A stretch of 64,000 bases of DNA from Candidatus Saccharimonadales bacterium. Its GTDB lineage: Bacteria; Patescibacteriota; Saccharimonadia; Saccharimonadales; UBA4665. The notes below the pieces were generated by a model, which saw only the letters and a program-made list of their open reading frames with translations, was not told where the DNA came from and ran no database searches. Location: positions 168,367-232,366 of the forward strand of contig JBGAUQ010000002.1 in assembly GCA_044228525.1 (NCBI GenBank). The letters run 5' to 3'. Below, piece by piece: positions 44,469-53,695 of this stretch; position 1 is the first letter of the stretch; every line of letters starts with the position of its first letter. The translations under genes were made by a program, and so were the position numbers.

Positions 44469-45206
44469 CTATCTTCTGATGCGTCTTTTTAACTGAGCTA
44501 GGAGCGTTCTAACAATCTTTTTATTAGAGATATAATTCTCAGGTGATTCTAGGATTTGATCTGAAAGCGAAATTGCATTATTAAGCTCCTTCTGCGCATA
44601 ATCCGTATATATTTTTGAAAAATCCTTTAGAATAACGTCTGAATTTACAGGGGAGAGTGCAAAATAATAATTTAATCCATCAAAAAACGCAACCGTATAG
44701 CCTTGTTTCTTCATCGTATCCATCCATTTCCCAGGCGTGTTCTCGATAACCACAATCTCGGGTCTCCACTTACTCCAGTTGTTACTTTGCAAGACCTCAC
44801 TCTCCATGCCCTCAACATCAATTTTTAAGAAATCAATATGTTTTACGCCATGTTTCCTAAAGACATGTTCTAGTGGCTCAACATCAACTGTGATGTCTTT
44901 GTACGGCTGTTTTCTTCTGGATTCGAGGTTTTTTATTGAGCGCGAGAATGTTGACCAGCCGTGGTATCCATTTTGGTACTCCCTTAGTTTTAAAACGCCT
45001 TTTGTTTTTGCAATACCGATATTCAGATTGATGTCTTTAGGTCGAGCCGCAACAAGCTTTTCATAAAGATGAGGGATAGGCTCTATATTGATACCTCTCC
45101 AGCCTCTATCATAAAAGAATTTTGTAACTGAATCAGTTGCGGGCAAATTCGCGCCAACATCTACGTAGAAACCCTTTTTTTGGGGAAGCAGGATGCTTAT
45201 TAGCAA
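44469..45206 (-). CDS. FkbM-family methyltransferase (paralog; start codon problematic)
   Basis: 'GFYVDVGAN' and 'IDFLKIDVEGMESEVLQS'. Homology to the paralog's N-terminus (YAQNxEDL) continues upstream of the first canonical start codon. Confidence 0.7.
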   Translation of the reverse strand: MLISILLPQKKGFYVDVGANLPATDSVTKFFYDRGWRGINIEPIPHLYEKLVAARPKDINLNIGIAKTKGVLKLREYQNGYHGWSTFSRSIKNLESRRKQPYKDITVDVEPLEHVFRKHGVKHIDFLKIDVEGMESEVLQSNNWSKWRPEIVVIENTPGKWMDTMKKQGYTVAFFDGLNYYFALSPVNSDVILKDFSKIYTDYAQKELNNAISLSDQILESPENYISNKKIVRTLLAQLKRRIRR

Positions 45207-45376
45207 GTCCTCGCAGTTTTGCGCATAGCTTAGTGGCTGTAATTTTGCTACAGTTTTGGCCTTAATAGTTGAATAATTCCCAACACATTATTTTCATAGA
45301 TAAAGCATAGCATGCATTCATCAAGAGAAGCCGAAGGTCCGTTTTTTGTTCCCCTTAGGTTTGTTTGGTAGTATAG

Positions 45377-46636
45377 GTGTCTATGACTGAGTATAAAAAG
45401 AGTGTGGTTTCTGGTGCCAAATTAGTGCCACTATTTAGCGTTGGCGAATTATATGTTTCTGATTTTTTGGAAAAAGGCGAAAAGCCGAAGGGTCCACCCT
45501 GCGAAATGGAGCTGGGGTTTGATCCTATAAGTAAGGCCGTACAACTCACAAAACAGCCTGACGCGTCACTTATGTGGGGTAGTATGTATTACTATCGAAG
45601 TGCAGTGAACCCAGCGATGTGTATAGCCTTAGAAGATTTAGCTGAAAAAACATGTAAGTCAGTCCCAGAAAGCGATAAAAAATCTGTCTATTTGGATATT
45701 GCGTCAAATGACGGGTACCTGTTGTCGACGGTTGACAAAAAGAAGTACCAGCGAGTAGGCATAGATCCGTCTGATTATCCCGAAGCCAAAGATAACACAG
45801 ACACAAACATTCAAGAGTATTTTTCTGCAAAAGCTTTCAAGAAAGCGGGTTTCACCAAAGCATCAAGGGTTAGCTGCGCGGCCTGTTTTTACGACGTAGA
45901 CAACCCGAATGAGTTTCTACAAGATGTCCATAAAATACTTGAAGACGATGGGTTATTTACCCTCCAGGTTTCTTATACGCCGGCCAATATTCTGCAGACT
46001 GAGCTAGGCGTAATTTGTCATGAGCACCTCAGCTATTACAATCTCACTTCACTTAAATGGATGACGGACCGAGCTGGCTTTGTAATCAGAGACGTAGAGC
46101 TTAACAATGTGAACGGCGGCTCCATTCGCCTTTATTTGCAAAAGCAAACAGCAGCAAATAACTATCTAACTCCTGCAGATCGTGATATTTGTAAGATCAG
46201 GGTTGAGTCGTTGTTACAGTGGGAAGAGCAAGCAGGCTTTAATGATCCGACAATATACAAGAATTTTTACAAGCAAATTCTAAAACTTAAAAATGAGACG
46301 GTCGATTTTATTAAAAAAGCTAAGTCTGACGGGAAAACTGTCTGGGGATACGGTGCAAGTACAAAAGGGAATACCCTACTGCAGATGTTTGAGATAGATG
46401 ACAAGTTGATTGATGGTATTGCCGAAAAACAAGAATTTAAATGGGGTCGTCGTACCATAGGTAGCAACATACCAATATTCTCTGAAGCTGATATGCGCAA
46501 GGCGCAACCTGACTACCTGCTTATTTTACCTTGGTTTTTCCGCGACACTTTTATTGAACGTGAGCAGGCTTATCTTAAAAAAGGCGGCACCATGATCTTT
46601 CCCGCGCCGGATTTTTCAACCTATTCTCTGAAGTAG
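45377..46636 (+). CDS. class I SAM methyltransferase of the NDP-hexose C-methyltransferase (TylCIII-like) architecture
   Basis: Motif I 'YLDIASNDGYLL' and a C-terminal Rossmann-like 'VWGYGASTKGNTLLQMF'. Confidence 0.6.
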   Translation: MSMTEYKKSVVSGAKLVPLFSVGELYVSDFLEKGEKPKGPPCEMELGFDPISKAVQLTKQPDASLMWGSMYYYRSAVNPAMCIALEDLAEKTCKSVPESDKKSVYLDIASNDGYLLSTVDKKKYQRVGIDPSDYPEAKDNTDTNIQEYFSAKAFKKAGFTKASRVSCAACFYDVDNPNEFLQDVHKILEDDGLFTLQVSYTPANILQTELGVICHEHLSYYNLTSLKWMTDRAGFVIRDVELNNVNGGSIRLYLQKQTAANNYLTPADRDICKIRVESLLQWEEQAGFNDPTIYKNFYKQILKLKNETVDFIKKAKSDGKTVWGYGASTKGNTLLQMFEIDDKLIDGIAEKQEFKWGRRTIGSNIPIFSEADMRKAQPDYLLILPWFFRDTFIEREQAYLKKGGTMIFPAPDFSTYSLK

Positions 46637-46646
46637 TTTCTTTGTC

Positions 46647-47945
46647 TTAAGTTGTCAGAATGGTGTCTATGATTTGCTCCGAGGTTTTACTCCATTGCCA
46701 CTGTTTTGCTTGAGCTATATTCGCCGAGCGTTCGGCCTTTGAAGCAGTCGTTCCTTCGTGCAAGCTGGTTCTCATAGCATCTGAAAGCTCCAATATGCCG
46801 TCGACATATGTTGGTCGATCTCCAGCAACTTCCTTAACAGCCGCGTTTTTATAACTTATTAATGGCGTGCCATAGCTCATAGCTTCCAGCACGGGTAGTC
46901 CAAAGCCTTCATACATACTTGGGAAAACAAACACGCGCGCTTTTTTATAAAGCCAATCGCGAGCATTGTCATCAACGAAGCCCATAAAAATAATATCGTC
47001 GATATACGAAGAAGACTGTAGCGCGTATTGATTTTCAGCAGTTGATATATTGAGTGGACCCTGCATGCTATCGCCTGCTAAGATCAGTTTGAAATCTTGA
47101 CCTTGGGCTCGCAAGAGATTAAAGGCGGCAACCAAGTCGTCTAGCCGGCGTCTTCTATCAGCACCACCAACGTACAAAATAAATGGGGTTTCTGGATCAA
47201 AATCAAACTCTCGCCCCATATAGCCCCAACTTGTTTTTACGTAGCGCCGATGGGGTGCTTTTTTGGCCGAGTTGTCTGTCGGTAGATTTACGCCTAATTG
47301 AGTTACCTTAATTTTCGCTTCTTTTGTTCCTAAAAATGACACAAAGTCGTTTTTGGTATGTTCTGAGATAGATAAGAGAACGTCTGCTCGTCTGGTGTTT
47401 ACCTTGAGTTTATGAGCGTATAAGCCACGTCGAACATGAACGCGTAGGGCAGCCTTTCTTGAAAATCCGTGTCGCCGAGCGGTTTTATATCCCCACATGT
47501 ATTCCCACTCTAAAACGTAAGGAATAATATCGTATATTATCAGTCCTGTTTTTAGATTTTTGTGCCCACGTGGCAGATATTGAGATTGATCGGTCTGTAA
47601 GAAAAAATCAACTCCTTTAAGATCCTTCACTCTGGAATCTCCAAAATATAGATCGCTGATTTCATAAATCTGATTAGCCGCACTTACAAAGATGTTCAGC
47701 CTTCCGGGGAGCTTTTTATTAAGTTTTTTGGGCGGCTCAAGCGGCCTCATTTCATATTTCACACCCTCCAGGTTAAGTAATGAAGTAGGATCTTGAACGT
47801 CTTTACCGACATAAGTATAAAAAACAAACGTGTGTTTTTCTCGGTCAGTACTCGACAAGTTATTTATTAAATTGATAAGGGTGTAGCCAATACCGCGCAT
47901 TCGATGGGCGCCCTGTAGTGAAGATAAGTCTATGCCAATCGTCAT
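46647..47945 (-). CDS. glycosyltransferase family 4
   Basis: 'VFPSMYEGFGLPVLEAMSYGTPLISYKNAAVKEV'. Confidence 0.8.
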   Translation of the reverse strand: MTIGIDLSSLQGAHRMRGIGYTLINLINNLSSTDREKHTFVFYTYVGKDVQDPTSLLNLEGVKYEMRPLEPPKKLNKKLPGRLNIFVSAANQIYEISDLYFGDSRVKDLKGVDFFLQTDQSQYLPRGHKNLKTGLIIYDIIPYVLEWEYMWGYKTARRHGFSRKAALRVHVRRGLYAHKLKVNTRRADVLLSISEHTKNDFVSFLGTKEAKIKVTQLGVNLPTDNSAKKAPHRRYVKTSWGYMGREFDFDPETPFILYVGGADRRRRLDDLVAAFNLLRAQGQDFKLILAGDSMQGPLNISTAENQYALQSSSYIDDIIFMGFVDDNARDWLYKKARVFVFPSMYEGFGLPVLEAMSYGTPLISYKNAAVKEVAGDRPTYVDGILELSDAMRTSLHEGTTASKAERSANIAQAKQWQWSKTSEQIIDTILTT

Positions 47946-49114
47946 AGTGAACTCCCCGTCGCGGCTTCAAGAAAAATCTTAGCGCTTTCTTTCCATGAGA
48001 AGTTCCGGGCCTGTTCTGGACCCTTCATCTTAGCATTTTCAGATATTGCTTTGTTGTCCTGCAGACAATCTATCACAGCATCGTAGAGTTTATCCGGTTC
48101 ATTGCTTGATATCATGATCCCCGCAGTTCCCACAACTTCCGGTAAAGACGAATTGTCAGCCGAAATAACAGGAGTGCCGCAAGCCAACGCTTCAAGCGGC
48201 GGCATGCCAAAACCTTCGTAGTGGCTAGGATATACCAGCATTTTAGCTCCGCTAATTATTGCTGGTTTGTCTATATCGAGCACATATTTGGAAGGCCGGA
48301 TGATATTGTAGCCTTCATCAACACGTGCGACTATTTTATTAAAAAGCTCCTCAGTTTTCCATCCATTTACTCCAACGAGTAGCAGTGCCGTTTTGTCTGT
48401 AATACTTTTTGGTAGCTTGCAGTATGCATCCACCAAGGCATCCAGATTCTTGCGGGGTTCTAGATTAGATAAGGCAAGGATGTAATCACCTTCGACTTCA
48501 TATTTTTGTTTAACTCGCTTGATTTCATTTTCACTTCGTCTATAAAACAGTCGTGGGTCAGCTGCGGGGTAAGCAACCACAACATCCTTAGGGGGCAGTT
48601 TATAGAAATCAATAATCTCCTGTCTGGCATTCTCGGATATTGCGATAACTTTATTAGTATTTTTTATAGAACGCTTCACCTCTCTAGATAAGAAAACAGC
48701 GTTTTGCTCGTCAGAATACTGTCTGTGGAGTTCAAAGGACAGATCAAAAATTACAAGGGCCGCAGACTTATTGAAAAGCAGAGGCATATCTACAAAACGC
48801 GGAAAGATATAGGTTCCTGGTCCGCACCATAGATCGATTGGAGGCAGCCTTTTCCTATGCCAGAGTGCGCTCATAACACGAAAAGTTAACGGGAAGGATT
48901 TATATCCAATATGCTTAAAAGCGAACTTTTTAAATCTTCGCCTAGAATTATAAGGAATAATTACTTTTATTTCTGGCACAGGCCTGCCGGCAAACTTAGC
49001 TTCTTCAATAAGTTCATCAAGGCCTCGTAGAATACCCAGTGTGTACTGACCTATACCGCTGAAGTGACCCTCAACGAGGGCAAGGCCTTCAATATATATT
49101 TTATTCGATCTCAC
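47942..49114 (-). CDS. glycosyltransferase family 4
   Basis: 'VYPSHYEGFGMPPLEALACGTPVISADNSSLPEV'. A 4-nt overlap links it to the next GT4. Confidence 0.8.
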   Translation of the reverse strand: MRSNKIYIEGLALVEGHFSGIGQYTLGILRGLDELIEEAKFAGRPVPEIKVIIPYNSRRRFKKFAFKHIGYKSFPLTFRVMSALWHRKRLPPIDLWCGPGTYIFPRFVDMPLLFNKSAALVIFDLSFELHRQYSDEQNAVFLSREVKRSIKNTNKVIAISENARQEIIDFYKLPPKDVVVAYPAADPRLFYRRSENEIKRVKQKYEVEGDYILALSNLEPRKNLDALVDAYCKLPKSITDKTALLLVGVNGWKTEELFNKIVARVDEGYNIIRPSKYVLDIDKPAIISGAKMLVYPSHYEGFGMPPLEALACGTPVISADNSSLPEVVGTAGIMISSNEPDKLYDAVIDCLQDNKAISENAKMKGPEQARNFSWKESAKIFLEAATGSSL

Positions 49115-49173
49115 GTGAACCTAATTATATCAGAATAACAGGGGGTTGAGCGCGAACCATCTCTTTAAATGGA

Positions 49174-50499
49174 ATGATTTCAATATGTGTGAATATGTTT
49201 CGATCAACGCTATACTACTTGCATGTATATAAAAAGGCATATAAGTTGAAAAAACTGTACATTGATATCACCGAATCCTATGCTTGGGAAGGGGAAGTAA
49301 CGGGGATCATTCGCGTTATGGATGAGCTCTCTTCAAGATTTGCCAAGGACACTAGCATTAGCCCTAATTTTGTAATTTGGGACGAAGCAGCGGGCGTGTT
49401 TCGCTCGGTTGAGTTTAATGATATGCCTCATCTAGCGCCAAATGGCAAAATATCAAAACAATCTGAGTTCGAGACGAATCAAAACAATTTAGTATCTCCA
49501 GAAAATGAAAAATCTGGCCTCTCGCAGTCAGTTAAACGTATCTTTAAGGCCAGAACCGGCAAGGCCGTAAACGTTATTGAAGATAAGCCAGAAGCGTTTA
49601 TAAACGATAATGCCGTACTTTTTATGCCACATGGCGGCGTATGGGGATCGGACAAATATGTACAGAAATTATTTGTGCTTCAAGAAAGCCACAATGTTAG
49701 TGTTGCACCTATTCTTTATGATCTATGCCCAGTTGTTACGCCACAGTTTTGCTCAGCAGGGGTCAGGAAGATTTTTAATAACTACATGAGTAGGGTATTA
49801 AGCAGAGCAAGTCTTGTTTTAGCTATTTCAGAGAATACGGCAAGTGATGCGAAAACCTGGACAAAATCAATCGGAGCAGGCGAAATTAAAGCCATAGATG
49901 TTTTTAGGCTCGGAGATGAAATAAGTACAAAGTCATCAAAACCCCAAGAGATCTCACTGCCCGGAAAGTATGTACTGTGTGTAGGCACTATTGAAGCACG
50001 CAAAAATCACATAAGTATTTATCTTGCGTATAAACTAGCCCACCAACAAAACATAAAACTTCCACCGCTCCTTATTGTTGGCAGAAAAGGTTGGCTCGCC
50101 GAAGATATTTACGAAATTATGATTACGGACCCAGAAATAAAGGACAGCATTATTTTTATGCATAATGCGACAGACGATGAACTTGCTTGGCTCTATCAGA
50201 ACGCAGAATTTTCAGTTTACCCTTCGTTTTATGAGGGTTGGGGTTTACCTGTAGCGGAAAGTCTATTGCACGGTGTGCCATGTATCGCAAGCGATCAATC
50301 TTCTATACCCGAAATTGCAGGGGATTTAATCGAATACTTTTCGCCCTTTTCTCCGGCGGAACTACTTACTCGTATACAAAACTTAATCACTGACCAGTCG
50401 AAGCTTTCAAAAATGCGTGATGAGATTGCTGAAAAGTATAGAGCAACTTCTTGGGACGAATCATATCAGCAGGTGTTTAAAGCCCTGCAAAAACTCTAG
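49174..50499 (+). CDS. glycosyltransferase family 4
   Basis: 'VYPSFYEGWGLPVAESLLHGVPCIASDQSSIPEI'. The real start may be the TTG at 49246 (KKLYIDIT...). Confidence 0.75.
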   Translation: MISICVNMFRSTLYYLHVYKKAYKLKKLYIDITESYAWEGEVTGIIRVMDELSSRFAKDTSISPNFVIWDEAAGVFRSVEFNDMPHLAPNGKISKQSEFETNQNNLVSPENEKSGLSQSVKRIFKARTGKAVNVIEDKPEAFINDNAVLFMPHGGVWGSDKYVQKLFVLQESHNVSVAPILYDLCPVVTPQFCSAGVRKIFNNYMSRVLSRASLVLAISENTASDAKTWTKSIGAGEIKAIDVFRLGDEISTKSSKPQEISLPGKYVLCVGTIEARKNHISIYLAYKLAHQQNIKLPPLLIVGRKGWLAEDIYEIMITDPEIKDSIIFMHNATDDELAWLYQNAEFSVYPSFYEGWGLPVAESLLHGVPCIASDQSSIPEIAGDLIEYFSPFSPAELLTRIQNLITDQSKLSKMRDEIAEKYRATSWDESYQQVFKALQKL

Positions 50500-50502
50500 C
50501 TA

Positions 50503-51876
50503 TCAGACAGAAACCTTTACAGAAATCTCACTTCCCTCAAGATGAGCGTTTCCTTCTTGTACAATAACAAATCTTTCCGTGTAGGTTCCCTTTTTTATAC
50601 CTTTAGCACGTAGTTTAAGTCTATAAGCAAATTCCGCTCGTGGCCTGATGTAGTCTGCTTTTATCCAGCCTAGCTTTTTGTCTTTTACGCATAGAGCAAT
50701 GGAAGGGCGATTTTCGTTAAACCATTCATCGGATTTAAAGGTACTGGTACGATCAAAAGGATCAGACGTCGAGAGTGCAATCGGCTTTGTTGTATAAAGG
50801 CGGTCATGCATTCCAAAGACTGGGTATTGAGTTGTGTTTTTAAACTCTAAATAAATTGTATCCGTTATGTTGGTGAGCTTAATGGTTCGAGTCTTTTTTA
50901 ATGGGATAATGCTATTTGATTCGAGGAGTATATTTTCGTATTCGCGGATAGACTGGAGCAGTTTATTATCTTTGGAGAAAGCATTTTGCTTGCGAATATT
51001 ATTACGATAAGCCAACTGGTCTTTGACCCTATCAATCAAATTCTCTACTGGATCATTCTCGTCCATACGGCTGATAATCAATACGACTTGAGTCAAAATA
51101 TAGCCGCCAACTTGAAGCTTAGAGTAGTCGTTGCCGTGTTGAGGGCTGATTGAGATTCTCTGATCTTTGGCTGTTTTTCCGAAATCAAGCCTAAGAGGAC
51201 TGAGCCTGAAGCCTTCTTTTCGAAGCATTGATGAGAGGCGGTGAATGTCGCGTGGACGAAAGATTACGGTTTCGGGGTTGTTATCCAGGGTAATTTTATT
51301 ACTGATCACATTGACTTCTGTCGTATGGACTGCATAACCACCAGACTTTAGGCACTTAGCAGACTCAACGATAAACTTTAGACCGTTCTCAATTGAGCCG
51401 AGGTGCCCGAGTGCGCAGTTGCTCCAGACGATATCATACTTGCCTCGAAACTTTTTTGGGACACGGTTCATATCAACTGCTTGATAACTGACATTTTCTT
51501 TAAAGTTTTTCGGATCACATATGCCAAGCTTATTTAAGGATTGGGCTCCCGTTGCAAGCTCGTGCTTTTGCCAGTGCTTGGCTTTTTCGGTTCGATAATC
51601 TTGGTCAGTTGCTGTGACTTTTACTCCATGTTTGGCGAAAAGGGCAGGTAGGCGTTCGCGGCCAACACCAAAACCAATCGCCGTCTTACCTTCTTGGATA
51701 AGGCCTCTTTCATACAATGATTGAACCATGACAGCGTTCTGCCAGAATTTATTTGCCTTTAGCTGATGTCCCTCGAGATTGTCTTTGTCTTGCTTTAGTT
51801 CTTTTGCCCACCGCTTGTACCAGCTAGTTGTGAAATCTGAAAAAATCAGTGAATGACTTTTAAGCATGGGCTCCAA
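50503..51876 (-). CDS. class I SAM-dependent methyltransferase with a ~200-aa C-terminal extension
   Basis: 'AIGFGVGRERLPALFAKHGVKVTATD' is a motif I-like segment, and 'YDIVWSNCALGHL' follows. Confidence 0.55.
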   Translation of the reverse strand: MEPMLKSHSLIFSDFTTSWYKRWAKELKQDKDNLEGHQLKANKFWQNAVMVQSLYERGLIQEGKTAIGFGVGRERLPALFAKHGVKVTATDQDYRTEKAKHWQKHELATGAQSLNKLGICDPKNFKENVSYQAVDMNRVPKKFRGKYDIVWSNCALGHLGSIENGLKFIVESAKCLKSGGYAVHTTEVNVISNKITLDNNPETVIFRPRDIHRLSSMLRKEGFRLSPLRLDFGKTAKDQRISISPQHGNDYSKLQVGGYILTQVVLIISRMDENDPVENLIDRVKDQLAYRNNIRKQNAFSKDNKLLQSIREYENILLESNSIIPLKKTRTIKLTNITDTIYLEFKNTTQYPVFGMHDRLYTTKPIALSTSDPFDRTSTFKSDEWFNENRPSIALCVKDKKLGWIKADYIRPRAEFAYRLKLRAKGIKKGTYTERFVIVQEGNAHLEGSEISVKVSV

Positions 51877-51949
51877 TACTGATCAAAAAGGTAATATTAC
51901 TAAAATTATACACGATCGAAAATCGTCAAAACTTCTAATTTCTTAAAGC

Positions 51950-53680
51950 CTAAAGATATTCCCAGCCGCGCCAACCAGTTGCGTCTGGCAAGTAATACAT
52001 ATGCCTGACTGTACCGTCTCCGGTGGTTTCAAAAAGATCAATGTGACCATTGCCCCACGAGATTGCGGCTGGCGTTGAATTAACAGAAGACCCTGTTACG
52101 TTGTTCCAGGGGTTGTTCCAATTTGTGCCATCAAACCACTTTTCCCAAAGTCTGCCATCACTACCCTTAGCAAATATGTTAATTCGGCCATAAGCTGATG
52201 TTACGGCTGCCGGTGGAGAAGCGATGTATGGTCCGTTTGGTCTACCAAGTCCTTCCCAGCCGCGCCAACCAATTGCGTCTGGTAAGTAATACCTGTGCCA
52301 TATAGTTCCGTCACTGGCAGTTTGGAAGAGATCTACGTGACCATTGCCCCAGGAAATTGCCGACATACTAGAGTTGACCATATCACCACCTAAGTTATTC
52401 CACGTATTAACCCAGCCATGTCCATCAAACCATTTTTCCCAAAGCCGACCGTCAGCTCCCTTTACGAAAACATTAATTTTGCCCGGGCCAGATGAAATCA
52501 CGGCAGGGGAATATATTAACGTAGAATTTCCAGGATGACCTAGATTTTCCCAACCGCGCCAACCGGTTGCATCAGGCAGATAATACCTATGGCGGAGATT
52601 TCCGTCGGCAGTTACTTCAAACAAGTCCATGTGCCCATTCCCCCATGATACGCCAGCCGGTGTAGAGTTGATTGTAGTACCAGCCAAATTGTCCCAAGTT
52701 GTCAGCCAGCTACTGCCATCAAACCATTTTTGTAATAACCTGCCGTCATTAGCGCGCGTAAAAACGTTTGTCCGACCACTTGAGGCAGACAGGGCAAACG
52801 GTGCGGAGGCGACCATGGTTCTTGTGCTTCCAAACCAATCATTAAAATACTTCCAGAAATTCCGATTGCCATACGCACTACAAGCATCGCCGGTGCCGCT
52901 AAGATTGGCTAGGGCTGCTGCGTTGGGCTGGTAGGGCGTGTAGTTATATAGAGCGGCCGTTGCGCCATTTTGGATGTTGACGTTAGTGCCACCACAATCT
53001 GGCCTATTTGCCTGATAAGCAATAAAGCTAGTTCTGTTTACGGCGTAGTTAAAGTTGCTCGGTTGCTTAACATAGCGTTGGAATTGCCGAGCAGCATTAT
53101 ATACCTGATTAAAGAAACCGTAGTAGGTTGAATCGCAGGCGCTTGTATCTGGGCAACCATAGCCGGTTGCCCCTCTGTACTGGCCTGGCCATGGCCATTC
53201 GTCGGTAACTAAGCCCTGTTCTTTTTGAAGCAGGACAATGATGGCCTTAGGATTTACTCCGCAAGCTTGTGAAACATCGTATATGATTTGGGCGGCGTTC
53301 TTAGTTCCGGCACTGATACCGCCAGAACAGTAGCTGTCGGCTGTAGTACCCGGAACACTCTGTGGGTAGTCTTTTAAGCATGTGTATGGTGGCGGATTGC
53401 CGTTGGCGCGTCCCCAATCGGCTCGTGTCGCATAGCCACTTCGACCGGACGGCTGTGTGCCATTTGTGTCACAAACCGGAACTTTAGCATTCAAAAATGC
53501 CTGTATATCAGACACGCTCATACCGTCTTTGTTGAAAAACACGTTGTTATCAACAATATTCGCAGCATTGAAATCGCTGCCCGATAAGGCCGAGGCTTGG
53601 CCTTGTGCCAAAGCAGACGCAAAAGCAATCGAGCAAATCGCTAGGGCGAGCATCGCGAGTTTTGATTGCAAAATGTTCAT
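51950..53680 (-). CDS. secreted protein: Cys-containing N-terminal domain plus a six-bladed lectin-like beta-propeller
   Basis: Signal peptide ending ALA|QG. The last 279 aa are three copies of a two-blade unit: '..INVFxKGxDGRLWEKWFDGxxW...WNNLGG' and 'ISWGNGHxDLFxxxxDGxxxHRYYLPDAxGWRGWExLG'. Confidence 0.7.
   Translation of the reverse strand: MNILQSKLAMLALAICSIAFASALAQGQASALSGSDFNAANIVDNNVFFNKDGMSVSDIQAFLNAKVPVCDTNGTQPSGRSGYATRADWGRANGNPPPYTCLKDYPQSVPGTTADSYCSGGISAGTKNAAQIIYDVSQACGVNPKAIIVLLQKEQGLVTDEWPWPGQYRGATGYGCPDTSACDSTYYGFFNQVYNAARQFQRYVKQPSNFNYAVNRTSFIAYQANRPDCGGTNVNIQNGATAALYNYTPYQPNAAALANLSGTGDACSAYGNRNFWKYFNDWFGSTRTMVASAPFALSASSGRTNVFTRANDGRLLQKWFDGSSWLTTWDNLAGTTINSTPAGVSWGNGHMDLFEVTADGNLRHRYYLPDATGWRGWENLGHPGNSTLIYSPAVISSGPGKINVFVKGADGRLWEKWFDGHGWVNTWNNLGGDMVNSSMSAISWGNGHVDLFQTASDGTIWHRYYLPDAIGWRGWEGLGRPNGPYIASPPAAVTSAYGRINIFAKGSDGRLWEKWFDGTNWNNPWNNVTGSSVNSTPAAISWGNGHIDLFETTGDGTVRHMYYLPDATGWRGWEYL
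51953..52789 (-). repeat. in-frame tandem repeat, three ~294-nt units encoding the propeller blades
   Basis: The near-identical string cccaRccgcgccaacc recurs at 51961, 52255 and 52549, a spacing of 294 nt. Confidence 0.8.
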
Positions 53681-53695
53681 ACTACCATTGTACCT

